64,000 bases of DNA from Bradymonadia bacterium (lineage in GTDB: Bacteria > Myxococcota_A > Bradymonadia > UBA7976 > UBA1532). A program made the translations under genes and the position numbers. Shown here piece after piece: positions 1 through 9,741 of the stretch; positions within the stretch are counted from its first letter, which is position 1; every line of letters starts with the position of its first letter. Under the pieces are notes generated by a model. The model ran no database searches and was not told the DNA's origin. It was given only the letters and a program-made list of their open reading frames with translations. Location of the stretch: positions 1 to 64,000 of the forward strand of contig JBKAGE010000074.1 of NCBI GenBank assembly GCA_046290225.1. Direction: 5' to 3'.

Positions 1-1809
1 GGCCCCCATCCGTACGCTGTTCCCCACCGTCACACCTGCAGGCACCACAGACCCGGCGCCAATCACCGTGCTGTTTCCCACACTCCCGTTCACCGTCGCT
101 CCGTCGCCGATGCTCGCGTACGTCCCAATCGAAGCGTCAGGGCCGATGATGAGGTTGCTCCCCAGTGTTGCTGTCTCGGGGATGTTCGCCAGCGGACTCA
201 CACAGGCATCACCGTAGCCATCACCGTTGTCATCTGCTTGATTGGCGTTGCTCACCGTGGGGCAGTTGTCCACGTCCTGGCAAACGCCATCACCATCACT
301 GTCATTGGTGCTGTCCGCAGGGCAGGCATCACACACGTCACCTACACCGTCATTGTCAGAATCAGCCTGATCCGCATTGGCCACTGCGGGGCAGTTGTCT
401 ACATCGGCGCAGATGCCGTCATTGTCAGGATCTTCACACAGGGGGAACACCATGCTTGTCATCGACACGACCGTGAGCCCTGTGCCGAGGTTGGTGTAGG
501 GCAGGTTGTTGCCCATGTCAGTCGCGCGGTCGCCCACTTTGATGTCGTGCGGCAGATCCCCCCAGCACTTCACACGGCCATCGTCGGTCAGGACACAGCT
601 GGCGAACGTGTTGCTCATGAGTCCGGCGACATTCACGCCATCGCCGAGGTTCACCTCAGGGAGGAAGTTGCCCATGTCATTGTTGTAGCCTCGGTCGCTC
701 TGGTTGCCGATGCCGAGGTTGCCATTCCCATTGTAGCCCCAGCACTTCACCCCGCCATTGTCGAGGAGTACACACGTGCCGCTCCCACGCACCGAGAGTG
801 CCTGAACGGTACGATTACTGCCGAGGTTCACGAAGGGAAGGTTGTCGCCCATCTCATTGGGGTCGTCGCCCTGGTTTTCTTGGGTATTGCCCAGCCCAAG
901 GCGGCCGCGATCATTTAAGCCCCAGCACTTGAGGCGGTTGTCATCGAAAACGGCACAGGTATGGGCGCCATAGGCGTTGAGCTGTACGACAGTGAGAGGC
1001 GCACCCTGGTCATTGGTACCGAGGTCGACGTAGGGCAGGTTGTCACCCATCTCGTTCGCGTCATCTCCTCGATCAGCCAGATCGCCGAGTCCCAGCTGCC
1101 CTTGGTTGTTGTCCCCCCAGCATTTCACCCGACCATTGGTGAGGAGCGCACATGCATACTCGCCGCCTGAAGCGACTTGAGAGGCCAGAAGCGGCTGGCC
1201 ATTTTCGGTACCGAGGTCGACATAGGGCAAGTTGTCACCCATCTCATTCGCGTTGTCGCCGCGATGCTGGCTGTCGCCCTGGCCAAGGTTGCCATCACCA
1301 TTGTTGCCCCAACACTTGATGCGCCCGTTGTCGAAGAGGGCACACATGTGGCGTTGGCCGGGGCTGAGTTGGGTGACGGCGCCCACTGAGCCGAGATCGA
1401 CAGTGGGCAGATTGGCGCCCATCTCATTGGGCTCGTCGCCACGGAACTCACGATCGCCGAGTCCGAGGTCGCCTACATTGTTCTCGCCCCAGCATTTCAC
1501 GTCGCCGGTGTCGAGCAGCGCGCACTGCCCATAACGCATCCCAGCGATCGCCGTGATGGTAGAGCCGTTGAGATCGACGAAGGGCAAGTTGTCGCCCATC
1601 TCGTTGAGATCGTCGCCACGCGTGGCGGTGTCACCGAGACCGAGGGCACCGTTGACGTTGACGCCCCAGCACTTCACGTTGCTGAGCCCGGGGGCGGTGC
1701 TGTCGAAGATGGCGCAAAAGTGGCGTGTGTTCGCTGCGGCATCGACTGCCCAGAGGGTCGTGAGACTCAGGGGTAGGGCGATGGCCAGACGTAGGGTGCG
1801 TTTGGGCAT
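1..1809 (-). CDS. Secreted RCC1-like repeat + TSP3-like repeat + hexapeptide (LbH) protein, 3'-truncated by window edge
   Basis: Not in the ORF track because it runs off the window. Translated by hand at both ends from ATG 1809: MPKRTLRLAIALPLSLTTLWAVDAAA (signal peptide), repeated VKCWG..GQLG..RGD..NEMGDNL, then DxDxDGxCxxxDNC and VIGAGSVV-type hexapeptides. Paralogous to 1897..5481. Confidence 0.9.
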   Translation of the reverse strand, partial: MPKRTLRLAIALPLSLTTLWAVDAAANTRHFCAIFDSTAPGLSNVKCWGVNVNGALGLGDTATRGDDLNEMGDNLPFVDLNGSTITAIAGMRYGQCALLDTGDVKCWGENNVGDLGLGDREFRGDEPNEMGANLPTVDLGSVGAVTQLSPGQRHMCALFDNGRIKCWGNNGDGNLGQGDSQHRGDNANEMGDNLPYVDLGTENGQPLLASQVASGGEYACALLTNGRVKCWGDNNQGQLGLGDLADRGDDANEMGDNLPYVDLGTNDQGAPLTVVQLNAYGAHTCAVFDDNRLKCWGLNDRGRLGLGNTQENQGDDPNEMGDNLPFVNLGSNRTVQALSVRGSGTCVLLDNGGVKCWGYNGNGNLGIGNQSDRGYNNDMGNFLPEVNLGDGVNVAGLMSNTFASCVLTDDGRVKCWGDLPHDIKVGDRATDMGNNLPYTNLGTGLTVVSMTSMVFPLCEDPDNDGICADVDNCPAVANADQADSDNDGVGDVCDACPADSTNDSDGDGVCQDVDNCPTVSNANQADDNGDGYGDACVSPLANIPETATLGSNLIIGPDASIGTYASIGDGATVNGSVGNSTVIGAGSVVPAGVTVGNSVRMGA

Positions 1810-1896
1810 GGATGGCACTCATATGGAAATGTGAGCGCCATCATACCTGTGGGGGAAGGTAGGGGATAGTCAGAACTGAGCCGTTGTTGGGTCAGC

Positions 1897-4800
1897 TCAG
1901 CGTACGCGGGCCTCGTAGAACCAGATAACCGCGCCGTTCACGGGGATCTCACTGCTGCGGGCGCACCAGGCGCTTGAGCCCCCAGTCTGGTCATAGAGGG
2001 TGGATCGGAAGGTCAGGTACGTGTTGGCGTTGATGGCGTTGGTGCTGTAGGTGGCAGCGATGGGTGCGTCACGGCCGTTGGTCGTGCTCCCGGCGATGCA
2101 GGAGATGCCCCCAGGGCAGGGGATGACCGAGTAGTTGGTGCCACCGTTGTAGCCCGGGCCGCTCAAAGGTACCCAGCTGCTGCTGTTGCAGCGGCTGCTC
2201 GCCGCTTCACCCTGAATCTGGTAGTCCACGGAGGCCTCGGTGAAGCCCACCACGTCGGGCACGAGGTGAACAGACTCGTTGTGGGTGCCCACAGCAGAGC
2301 GACTGCCCGACAACTGCAACGCCATCCCCGTGAGACCAGTGCTCAGACCCACACCCATCGATGGGGTGTAGCTGTATCGGCCGGGCTCTGCCGAGACGAA
2401 GAAGTGGCCGAGGGTGTCATTGTTGAAGCCAATGGCTTCACCGGTAGCCACCAGATCGATCCAGCCACCGCCCTCGGTGGTCTGATCACAGTAGACCTGG
2501 AAGGGGGCGACGCCGTTCTCGCCGTCGGGATCGATCCAGTAGAGGCCGTCATCGGTGTAGCCCTCGGCCATGAGGCCTGCGCAGTCCACACCGGCCTGCC
2601 CGGCTTCGCTGCCGTCACGGCAGTTCCCAGCCATTTCGCTCAGGGGACCCATGTCAGCGCCGACGTCCTGGCAGGCGCCGATGGTGACCTGGCCACAACG
2701 CTGGGTGGCACAAGCGGCCACACCAAGCTCGACACCCTGGCGAATGGTGGTGCCCTCGCCGACGGTGGTTTCGGGGTAGATGGTGACGTCGTCTTCGACG
2801 GTGACCTCATCGCCGAAGTCGGCACCATCTCGAATCAGTACATTGGCGCCGATGTTGACGTCGTTGCCGAAGCCGGAGCGGGGCCACAAGCGACTGTTGT
2901 TGCCCAGCGCGAAGCGGTTTCCGACAGTGACCTGCTCGTCGATGATGGTGTCGGTGCCGATGTTGGCGGTGTCACCAATGGCTGCCCGGAACAAAACCGT
3001 GCTGCGGGCGCCAATGGTGCCGTCCACGCCGAGAGTCACACCGTCATAGATGGCAGAATCCTCGCCCACATCACAGCGGGCGCCAAGGGTGACGAAGATG
3101 CCAGTGGTGACGCGATCTCCGAAGGTGCAGTTGTCGGCGAGGCTGCTCTGGTTCCCCACGAAGCAGTCGGCACCCAGAGTCACGCCGTTGCCCAGGGCAC
3201 CGCGAATCTCGGAGTTGGCCCCCACAGCAGCGTTTTCACCAAGCTCCGCACCGGAAGCGAGGGTGGTGCCGGTTGCGAGGTGAGCGTTGCGACCCACGAC
3301 GGCGTAGTCACCGATGCGGACACCGTTGCCGAAGTCAGCCTCGGGCTCGATGGTGGCGTTCGACTCGATGTAAACCGTAGTCCCAAAGACGAAGTCATCA
3401 CCCACGCGAGTGTTCGACTCGAGGGTGCAGTCAGTCCCAGTTGAGCCGTTGGCGCCGAAACGGGCGTTGTTGCCGAGGACACAGCCAGCGCCGAGCTGAG
3501 TGTTGGCACCCACGCCCGAAATCTCGCCGATTTGCACCCCGTCGGGAATCACAGCACCAGCGCCGATGTCGCCCTGAGTGCCGATGGTGACGTTGGCGCC
3601 GATGCTCGCGCCGTCGCCGATGCGGGCAATCACACCGATGCTGGTGCCAGCCCCAATGCCTACGTTCTCACCAACGCTGACACCATTTGCAAGGTTGGCC
3701 CCGGCGCCCACTACCGAGCCAGCACCGATACCAACGCTGCTGCCGAGGGTACCCATGACAGTTGCGCCGTCGTCCACGCGGGCGAAGGCACCAATTACAG
3801 CGTTCTCACCAATGACGAGGTCGTTGCCGAGGGTGGCCGTGGCGTCAATGTCGGCGTTCACGCTCACGCAAGCGTCGCCGAAGCCGTCGCCGTTGTTATC
3901 CGTCTGGTCCGCGTTCGCGACGGTGATGCAGTTGTCGACGTCCTGGCAGATGCCATCGCCATCAGCGTCGTTCGTCGCGTCGTTCGCGCACACATCACAG
4001 GCATCGCCCAAGCCATCGGCGTCGACATCACTCTGGCCTGCGTTTGCGGCCAGGGGGCAGTTGTCTTCTTCGTCACATACACCATCGTCATCTGCGTCGA
4101 TGCAGCGATTACCAGTGCTGGCGAGATCGACAGGGGTGCCGAAGTTCGCGCCGAGGGCGACACCGGGGTTGCTGCTCATGCTGTTCGCGTAGCTGCCATA
4201 TCGAGTGCCGTTGCCGGTGCCGAGGCCGCCGGAATACTCGTAACCCCAGCACTTCACGCTCTCATCATCCAACAGCGCACATGTGCTGTGGAACGCCGAG
4301 CTGATGGCTACGGCAGTTCGGCCTGGGCCAAGGTTGACATAGGCGAGGTTGTCGCCCATCTCACCACCGCCGTCGCCCCGTTGGGTGGTGTTGTCCTGGC
4401 CGAGCTCACCATGGGCGTTGTAGCCCCAGCACTTCACCCCACCGTTGTCGAGAATCGCGCAGCTGAAGCTGTTCCCGGAGGTGATGGCGATGGCTGTGCG
4501 GCCAGTGCCGAGGTCGGTGTAGGCGAGGTTGTCGCCCATTTCATTGGCGCCATCACCACGCTGGGTGGTGTTGCCCTGGCCCAACTGACCCTGGTTGTTG
4601 TTGCCCCAACACTTCACCCTGCCATCATCGAGGATTGCGCAGGCAAACTGGTGTCCGACGCTCACCATGGTGGCGGTGTGACCCGTGCCGAGGTCGATGG
4701 GCTGAAGGTTATCGCCCATCTCGTTGGGCCCGTCACCACGATACACCTGATCGCCTTGACCAAGCTGACCGTCGTTGTTTCGGCCCCAGCACTTCACATC

Positions 4801-5481
4801 ACCATTGTCGAGCAATGCACAGTTGAAATAGTAGCCTCCAGCCATCTGTATGGCTGTGCGACCAGTACCGAGGTCGGTGTAGGCGAGGTTGTCGCCCATC
4901 TCGCCTGGGCTGCTGCCTCGCTGAGTGTTGTGACCCTGACCCAGCTCGCCACTGTTGCTGTAGCCCCAGCACTTCACCCCGCCATTATCCAAGATGGCGC
5001 AGTTGCCATAGTAAAAGCTGGAGACACTCACGGCGGTGCGGCCAGTGCCGAGGTCGGTGTAGGCGAGGTTGTCACCCATCTCGCCGGCATTGTCACCGCG
5101 TCGAGTGGTGTTGCCCTGGCCAAGCTGACCATTGCCATTGTGGCCCCAACATTTCACCCGACCATCGTCCAGCACTGCACAGGTGGAGAGGTAGCTTCTG
5201 GAAAGTTTCTGAGCCGTATGTGGCTGACCTTGGGCGTTGGTGCCGAGGTCGACCGGGGGCATGTTGGCGAGCTCGTTTGCCTGATCGCCGATGTGGGTGG
5301 TGTTGCCCTGACCGAGCTGACCATGGCCGTTGTAGCCCCAGCACTTCACTTGCCCTCCGTCGTCGATGGCGCAGTGGTGATAGCCAGGGGTCGCCTCTGC
5401 CGCTGTAAAGCCGGCGAGGGTGAGTGCGCCAGCACCTACGAAGCTGTAGAGCGTGCGTTGAAGAGCGTTTCGGTGTGCCAT
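1897..5481 (-). CDS. Secreted RCC1-like repeat + TSP3 + long LbH + fibrinogen-C-like protein
   Basis: About 7 CAILDxGxVKCWG repeats, DADGDG/DNC repeats, ~400 aa of hexapeptides, and a C-terminal GLYWIDPDG..FQVYCDQTTEGGGW fibrinogen-like motif. Start moved to MAHRN (signal peptide follows). Confidence 0.9.
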   Translation of the reverse strand: MAHRNALQRTLYSFVGAGALTLAGFTAAEATPGYHHCAIDDGGQVKCWGYNGHGQLGQGNTTHIGDQANELANMPPVDLGTNAQGQPHTAQKLSRSYLSTCAVLDDGRVKCWGHNGNGQLGQGNTTRRGDNAGEMGDNLAYTDLGTGRTAVSVSSFYYGNCAILDNGGVKCWGYSNSGELGQGHNTQRGSSPGEMGDNLAYTDLGTGRTAIQMAGGYYFNCALLDNGDVKCWGRNNDGQLGQGDQVYRGDGPNEMGDNLQPIDLGTGHTATMVSVGHQFACAILDDGRVKCWGNNNQGQLGQGNTTQRGDGANEMGDNLAYTDLGTGRTAIAITSGNSFSCAILDNGGVKCWGYNAHGELGQDNTTQRGDGGGEMGDNLAYVNLGPGRTAVAISSAFHSTCALLDDESVKCWGYEYSGGLGTGNGTRYGSYANSMSSNPGVALGANFGTPVDLASTGNRCIDADDDGVCDEEDNCPLAANAGQSDVDADGLGDACDVCANDATNDADGDGICQDVDNCITVANADQTDNNGDGFGDACVSVNADIDATATLGNDLVIGENAVIGAFARVDDGATVMGTLGSSVGIGAGSVVGAGANLANGVSVGENVGIGAGTSIGVIARIGDGASIGANVTIGTQGDIGAGAVIPDGVQIGEISGVGANTQLGAGCVLGNNARFGANGSTGTDCTLESNTRVGDDFVFGTTVYIESNATIEPEADFGNGVRIGDYAVVGRNAHLATGTTLASGAELGENAAVGANSEIRGALGNGVTLGADCFVGNQSSLADNCTFGDRVTTGIFVTLGARCDVGEDSAIYDGVTLGVDGTIGARSTVLFRAAIGDTANIGTDTIIDEQVTVGNRFALGNNSRLWPRSGFGNDVNIGANVLIRDGADFGDEVTVEDDVTIYPETTVGEGTTIRQGVELGVAACATQRCGQVTIGACQDVGADMGPLSEMAGNCRDGSEAGQAGVDCAGLMAEGYTDDGLYWIDPDGENGVAPFQVYCDQTTEGGGWIDLVATGEAIGFNNDTLGHFFVSAEPGRYSYTPSMGVGLSTGLTGMALQLSGSRSAVGTHNESVHLVPDVVGFTEASVDYQIQGEAASSRCNSSSWVPLSGPGYNGGTNYSVIPCPGGISCIAGSTTNGRDAPIAATYSTNAINANTYLTFRSTLYDQTGGSSAWCARSSEIPVNGAVIWFYEARVR

Positions 5482-5677
5482 AAGTCTCGTTGTCCACCAT
5501 GTGTAAGCAGGTAGGGCGTAGTGTAGGCTATGGTGTGTTAGACAGGCTACACAAAAGTACTGTGTACGTATGAATGGCACTTTGTGTGTGCGACGTATGA
5601 TGAGCCTGGTTCAGGGGGGAGCAGGCAGAGGAATAAGACTGCGCGGCGATGTCCTGGGTCGCTGATGCCGGCGTGAA

Positions 5678-8600
5678 TCAGCGCCCGTTGAGGTAGGTGA
5701 TGAGGTTCTCGTAGAACTCCGCGGCGAGGCCAAAACGCTGCTCGAGGCCATTCCAGCCCGGGAAGTCGGTGTCGATCGGTACGAGGTTGATCATCACATA
5801 CCCATCGCCGAGCTCGAAGTCAGAGAGCACAGTGTGCCCATTCTTGGTGACGAAGGTGCGGGCGTTGGCGGCGTCGTTGGGCAGAGTGGAGAGGGTCTCC
5901 CAGCTGAAGGCCTGCAAGAAGCTGTCTTCGATGTCGTTGGGCGTGCTGAGCAGGGGCGTAGCGTTCACCAGCACACCCACGGTGGTGTTGTCGGTGCTGC
6001 TGACGCTGAAGCCTGCAGGTGCGAAGGCGCTCTCGGTACCACCACCGTCGTCGTATACACCCATGTAGAGTGCGCCGCCGGCGTAGACCCACGCCTCGAG
6101 CAAGTCGCGGTTGAAGGCATCTTCGGTGTGTCCTTCGATCTCGGTGTCTTGCCCCTGGTACTGGGGGAACACGATCACGTCATACTGGTCGAGCTCGTTG
6201 TAGAGCAGCCCCAGATCCCGCGCCCCGGGATAGTCGCCGTACACGGTGAGATCGAAGCCCTGCAAATCGTCGATGTAGGTCATGGCTCGGCCGGATCCGT
6301 AGTTGCTCCCGGCGACGTCATCGCCGCTGACGATGGCGATGCGGCCGTTGCAGTTGCCCGCCACGTTGGCCTCGGGGGGCAGATCGGCGCCGATGGTGAG
6401 GCAGCCACCGATGGTCACTTGACCGCAGGTGCGCCGTGAGCAGTCGGCGTTGCCCAGCTCGACGCCGGCCTGGATGGTGGTGTCAGGGCCGATGGAGGCG
6501 CTGGGGAAGACGATGGCGTCGTTCTCGATTGTGACTCCGTTGCCGAGCTGAGCGCTGTCGCGGAGCAGCACGCCGTCGCCGATGGTGACGCCGTCTCCCA
6601 AGGTGCTGAAGGGCCAGAGGCGGCTGTTGTCACCGATGGTGAAGCCATCACCGATGGTGATGCGCTCGTCGATGACCGTGTCGACGCCGACGACAGCGTT
6701 GGCGCCCACTGTGGTGTAGAACAACATGTTGCTCCGGGCCCCGATGTCGCTGTCGGGCCCCACGGAGACCCCGTCGTAGAGGGCCACGTCCTCGGCGAGG
6801 GCGCACCGGGCGCCGAGGTTGACGAAGAGGCCGAGGCTGACGTTGTCGTCGAGCGTACACGCGTCGCCCACGGCGCTCTGGTTTCCGATGAACACGTTGT
6901 CTCTGAGGGTGACCTCCTGCCCGAGCATGCCCCTGATCTCACAGGCGGCGCCGATGACACTCCGCAGCCCCGCAGACGAGCCGGCGGCGAAGACACTCTG
7001 AGCGCCCACGGTGACCTCGTCACCGATGACGCTGTAGGGGCCGATGACCGCGTCGTCGGCGAGCTCCACCGCGTTGCCCACGGTGGCGTTTGCTTCAACA
7101 CGCGTGTTGGCCCCGAAGAAGAAGGCATCACCCACCAGGGCATTGCCTTCGATGATGCAGCCTGGAGCTGCCTGGCCATCAGCGCCCACCTGGCTGTTGT
7201 CGTTGAGCACACATCCGGCGCCGAGCTGGGTGTTAGGGCCCACCTGGCTGAGGACGCCCACGTGCACGCCGTCACTGAGCACGACACCATCGCTCACTGT
7301 GGCCTGGCTGCCCACGACGCAGTTGGCACCTGCGCTCACGCCCATGCCGATCTCGGCGAGCACGCCGACGGTGCACCCTGCGCCGAGGCCGCTGTTGTCG
7401 CCGATACGGGCGGCGTTGCCCACGCTAGCACCAGCGCCGAGCACGACGCCGTCGCCGATGACTGCGCTGTCGCCCACCGCGCCGTTGATGGTGGCGCCAT
7501 CTCCGATGCGGGTGTAGCTGCCGATGGTGGCGTCGGCGCTCACGGTGATGCCTTCACCCAGAATGACGGTGGGGTCGATGTCGGCATCAGGGCTCACACA
7601 GGCGTCGCCGAAGCCATCGGCATTGTCGTCCGCCTGATCGGCGTTGCTCACCGTGGGACAGTTGTCCACGTCCTGGCAGACCCCGTCGCCGTCGCTGTCA
7701 TTGGTGGCGTCGAGGGCACAGGCGTCACAGGCATCACCGATGTCGTCGCCGTCAGTGTCGTCCTGGCCTGCGTTGGCGATGGCAGGGCAGTTGTCTGTGA
7801 GGGCGCAGACTGCGTCGCCGTCGGGATCGTTGACCACGTCACCCGGGCAGAGGTCACAGGCGTCACCGATGTCGTCGCCGTCTTCATCCGCCTGATCAGC
7901 ATCGGCCACTGCAGGGCAGAGGTCACAGAGATCGCCGACACCATCACCATCACCATCAGTCTGATCGGTGGAGTTCACCGTGAGGGCCCAGCGCTCCACG
8001 TCGTGGTTCTGGTGCAGGCCGCCTGTCGCAGCAGTGAACCCAATGAATGCCTGACCGCCGAAGAGTGCGTTGAGGTCCTGGTTGACGGTGAGGAGGGGCT
8101 GCTGGGGCTTGGCGTCGAGGGTGCTGATGAAGACTTCGAGGGTTTGAGTCTGGGCGTCGTAATCGATCCAGTTGTAGAAGGTGGCGCCACCGTTGAGGTC
8201 CACGGGGTTGGGGTTGGCAGAGGCGAGGTTGCTGTTGGCGTCGCCGTTGATGGCCACCCGCACCTCGTTGATGCCGCCGAATTGCCCATACGTGTCGTAC
8301 ACCACCGCGATGCTGTTGCTCAGACCACCGAAGCCGACTTGATCGCCCGACTGGCCCGTGGCGCCCGCCCCCGCACCATCGTTGTGCATCACGAACGCCA
8401 TCCCGTCCGCCCCGTTGTTGCTCGCGCCGCCACCGTGGATTCGGGCTCGGAAGTGCGTGCTGAAGGATGTGGTGGCGTCCACGGCGGTGGCGTCGCCGAT
8501 GAACATGCCTCCAGCCTGGAAGTCACCATCGGCCGTAGTGAGTCGGGCCACGGTGCCGGCCAGGGCGCTGTTGCCAGAGAAGACAAGGCCCGAGACGTCG

Positions 8601-9610
8601 GAAAAGTCGGGGCGATCGGCGTCGAGGATTATCGTGTCGGGGCAGTTGTCGTCGGCGTCGACGAGGCCGTCGCCGTCGCGATCTTCACAGGCGTCGCCCT
8701 GTGCGTTGTCGTTGCTGTCGGCTTGATCAGCGTTCGGCGCTGCGGGGCAGTTGTCACAGAGATCGCCGACACCATCTCCATCGCTGTCTGTCTGGTCACG
8801 CTGAGTGACGTTGAGTTGCCACTGAGAGACGAAATGTGACTGCCTCAGGCCGCCTGTCGCAGCAGTGAACCCAATGAATGCCTGACCGCCGAAGAGTGCG
8901 TTGAGGTCCTGGTTGACGGTGAGGAGGGGCTGCTGGGGCTTGGCGTCGAGGGTGCTGATGAAGACTTCGAGGGTTTGAGTCTGGGCGTCGTAATCGATCC
9001 AGTTGTAGAAGGTGGCGCCACCGTTGAGGTCCACGGGGTTGGGGTTGGCAGAGGCGAGGTTGCTGTTGGCGTCGCCGTTGATGGCCACCCGCACCTCGTT
9101 GATGCCGCCGAATTGCCCATACGTGTCGTACACCACCGCGATGCTGTTGCTTAGACCACCGAAACCCACCTGATTGCCCGACTGACCCGTCGCTCCAGCC
9201 CCGGCGCCGTCGTTGTGCATCACGAACGCCATCCCGTCGGCCCCGCTGTTGCTGCCACCGCTGGCCGTGATCCGAGCACGGAAGTACGCGCTGAAGGATT
9301 CACCACCATCGAAGGGCAGCGCGTTCAAGTAGGCCGAGCCGCTTTGAAAGTCAGCATTCTCGTTGGTGAGCTGCAGCTCGGTGCCTGATTGAGCGGCGTC
9401 GCCGTTGAGACTCAGCCCGTCGAGGTTGCTGAAGTCTGAGGCAGGGCGATCGAAGCCCGTGAGGGTGGGGCAGGTGTCAACGCCGTCGCAGAAGCCATCA
9501 CCATCTGCATCGCCGTCAGGGCACTGCGCCATGGCTGCGCCGGTGAAGAGCAACGAAAACAACAGGCCGCTGAGGAGTGGGCGCTGGAGGGTCTGCAGGC
9601 GAGGCCACAT
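5678..9610 (-). CDS. Secreted 2x L-type (legume) lectin + TSP3 + long LbH protein
   Basis: Signal peptide, two lectin domains (GADGMAFV..SIAVVYDT..FIGFTAATGG), TSP3-like repeats, hexapeptide stalk, unrelated C-terminal domain. Start MWPRLQ follows a GAGG SD. Confidence 0.9.
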   Translation of the reverse strand: MWPRLQTLQRPLLSGLLFSLLFTGAAMAQCPDGDADGDGFCDGVDTCPTLTGFDRPASDFSNLDGLSLNGDAAQSGTELQLTNENADFQSGSAYLNALPFDGGESFSAYFRARITASGGSNSGADGMAFVMHNDGAGAGATGQSGNQVGFGGLSNSIAVVYDTYGQFGGINEVRVAINGDANSNLASANPNPVDLNGGATFYNWIDYDAQTQTLEVFISTLDAKPQQPLLTVNQDLNALFGGQAFIGFTAATGGLRQSHFVSQWQLNVTQRDQTDSDGDGVGDLCDNCPAAPNADQADSNDNAQGDACEDRDGDGLVDADDNCPDTIILDADRPDFSDVSGLVFSGNSALAGTVARLTTADGDFQAGGMFIGDATAVDATTSFSTHFRARIHGGGASNNGADGMAFVMHNDGAGAGATGQSGDQVGFGGLSNSIAVVYDTYGQFGGINEVRVAINGDANSNLASANPNPVDLNGGATFYNWIDYDAQTQTLEVFISTLDAKPQQPLLTVNQDLNALFGGQAFIGFTAATGGLHQNHDVERWALTVNSTDQTDGDGDGVGDLCDLCPAVADADQADEDGDDIGDACDLCPGDVVNDPDGDAVCALTDNCPAIANAGQDDTDGDDIGDACDACALDATNDSDGDGVCQDVDNCPTVSNADQADDNADGFGDACVSPDADIDPTVILGEGITVSADATIGSYTRIGDGATINGAVGDSAVIGDGVVLGAGASVGNAARIGDNSGLGAGCTVGVLAEIGMGVSAGANCVVGSQATVSDGVVLSDGVHVGVLSQVGPNTQLGAGCVLNDNSQVGADGQAAPGCIIEGNALVGDAFFFGANTRVEANATVGNAVELADDAVIGPYSVIGDEVTVGAQSVFAAGSSAGLRSVIGAACEIRGMLGQEVTLRDNVFIGNQSAVGDACTLDDNVSLGLFVNLGARCALAEDVALYDGVSVGPDSDIGARSNMLFYTTVGANAVVGVDTVIDERITIGDGFTIGDNSRLWPFSTLGDGVTIGDGVLLRDSAQLGNGVTIENDAIVFPSASIGPDTTIQAGVELGNADCSRRTCGQVTIGGCLTIGADLPPEANVAGNCNGRIAIVSGDDVAGSNYGSGRAMTYIDDLQGFDLTVYGDYPGARDLGLLYNELDQYDVIVFPQYQGQDTEIEGHTEDAFNRDLLEAWVYAGGALYMGVYDDGGGTESAFAPAGFSVSSTDNTTVGVLVNATPLLSTPNDIEDSFLQAFSWETLSTLPNDAANARTFVTKNGHTVLSDFELGDGYVMINLVPIDTDFPGWNGLEQRFGLAAEFYENLITYLNGR
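8015..9151. repeat. 306-bp direct repeat (8015-8320 and 8846-9151) inside the two lectin domains
   Basis: Identical by eye at an 831-bp offset; alternative-frame ORFs 7975..8289 and 8845..9120 translate identically over the shared part. Confidence 0.9.
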
Positions 9611-9741
9611 GGGTTCATCCTCCAGAGGGCAGGCTCTGTCAGGTCGTGTCGCTGCCCTCATTACAGTGTGGTGTAAGTCAGGACCTTACCATTTACATAC
9701 CCACACCGGGGCATGTTTTTATGTCTGTATGTGTCGTGGGA

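Noticed and set aside
600..5350. Recurring CCCCAGCACTTCAC motif at ~150-180 bp spacing resembling a CRISPR array
   Set aside because: It encodes VKCWG of the RCC1-like protein repeats; spacing is too long and no cas genes are present.
165..8839. Long plus-strand ORFs (e.g. 238..918, 3532..5514, 7262..8839)
   Set aside because: Antisense shadows of GC-rich repeat genes on the minus strand; no motifs of their own.
8015..9151. Template/variable repeat pair of a diversity-generating retroelement
   Set aside because: The copies show no adenine-specific mismatches and no reverse transcriptase is in the window.
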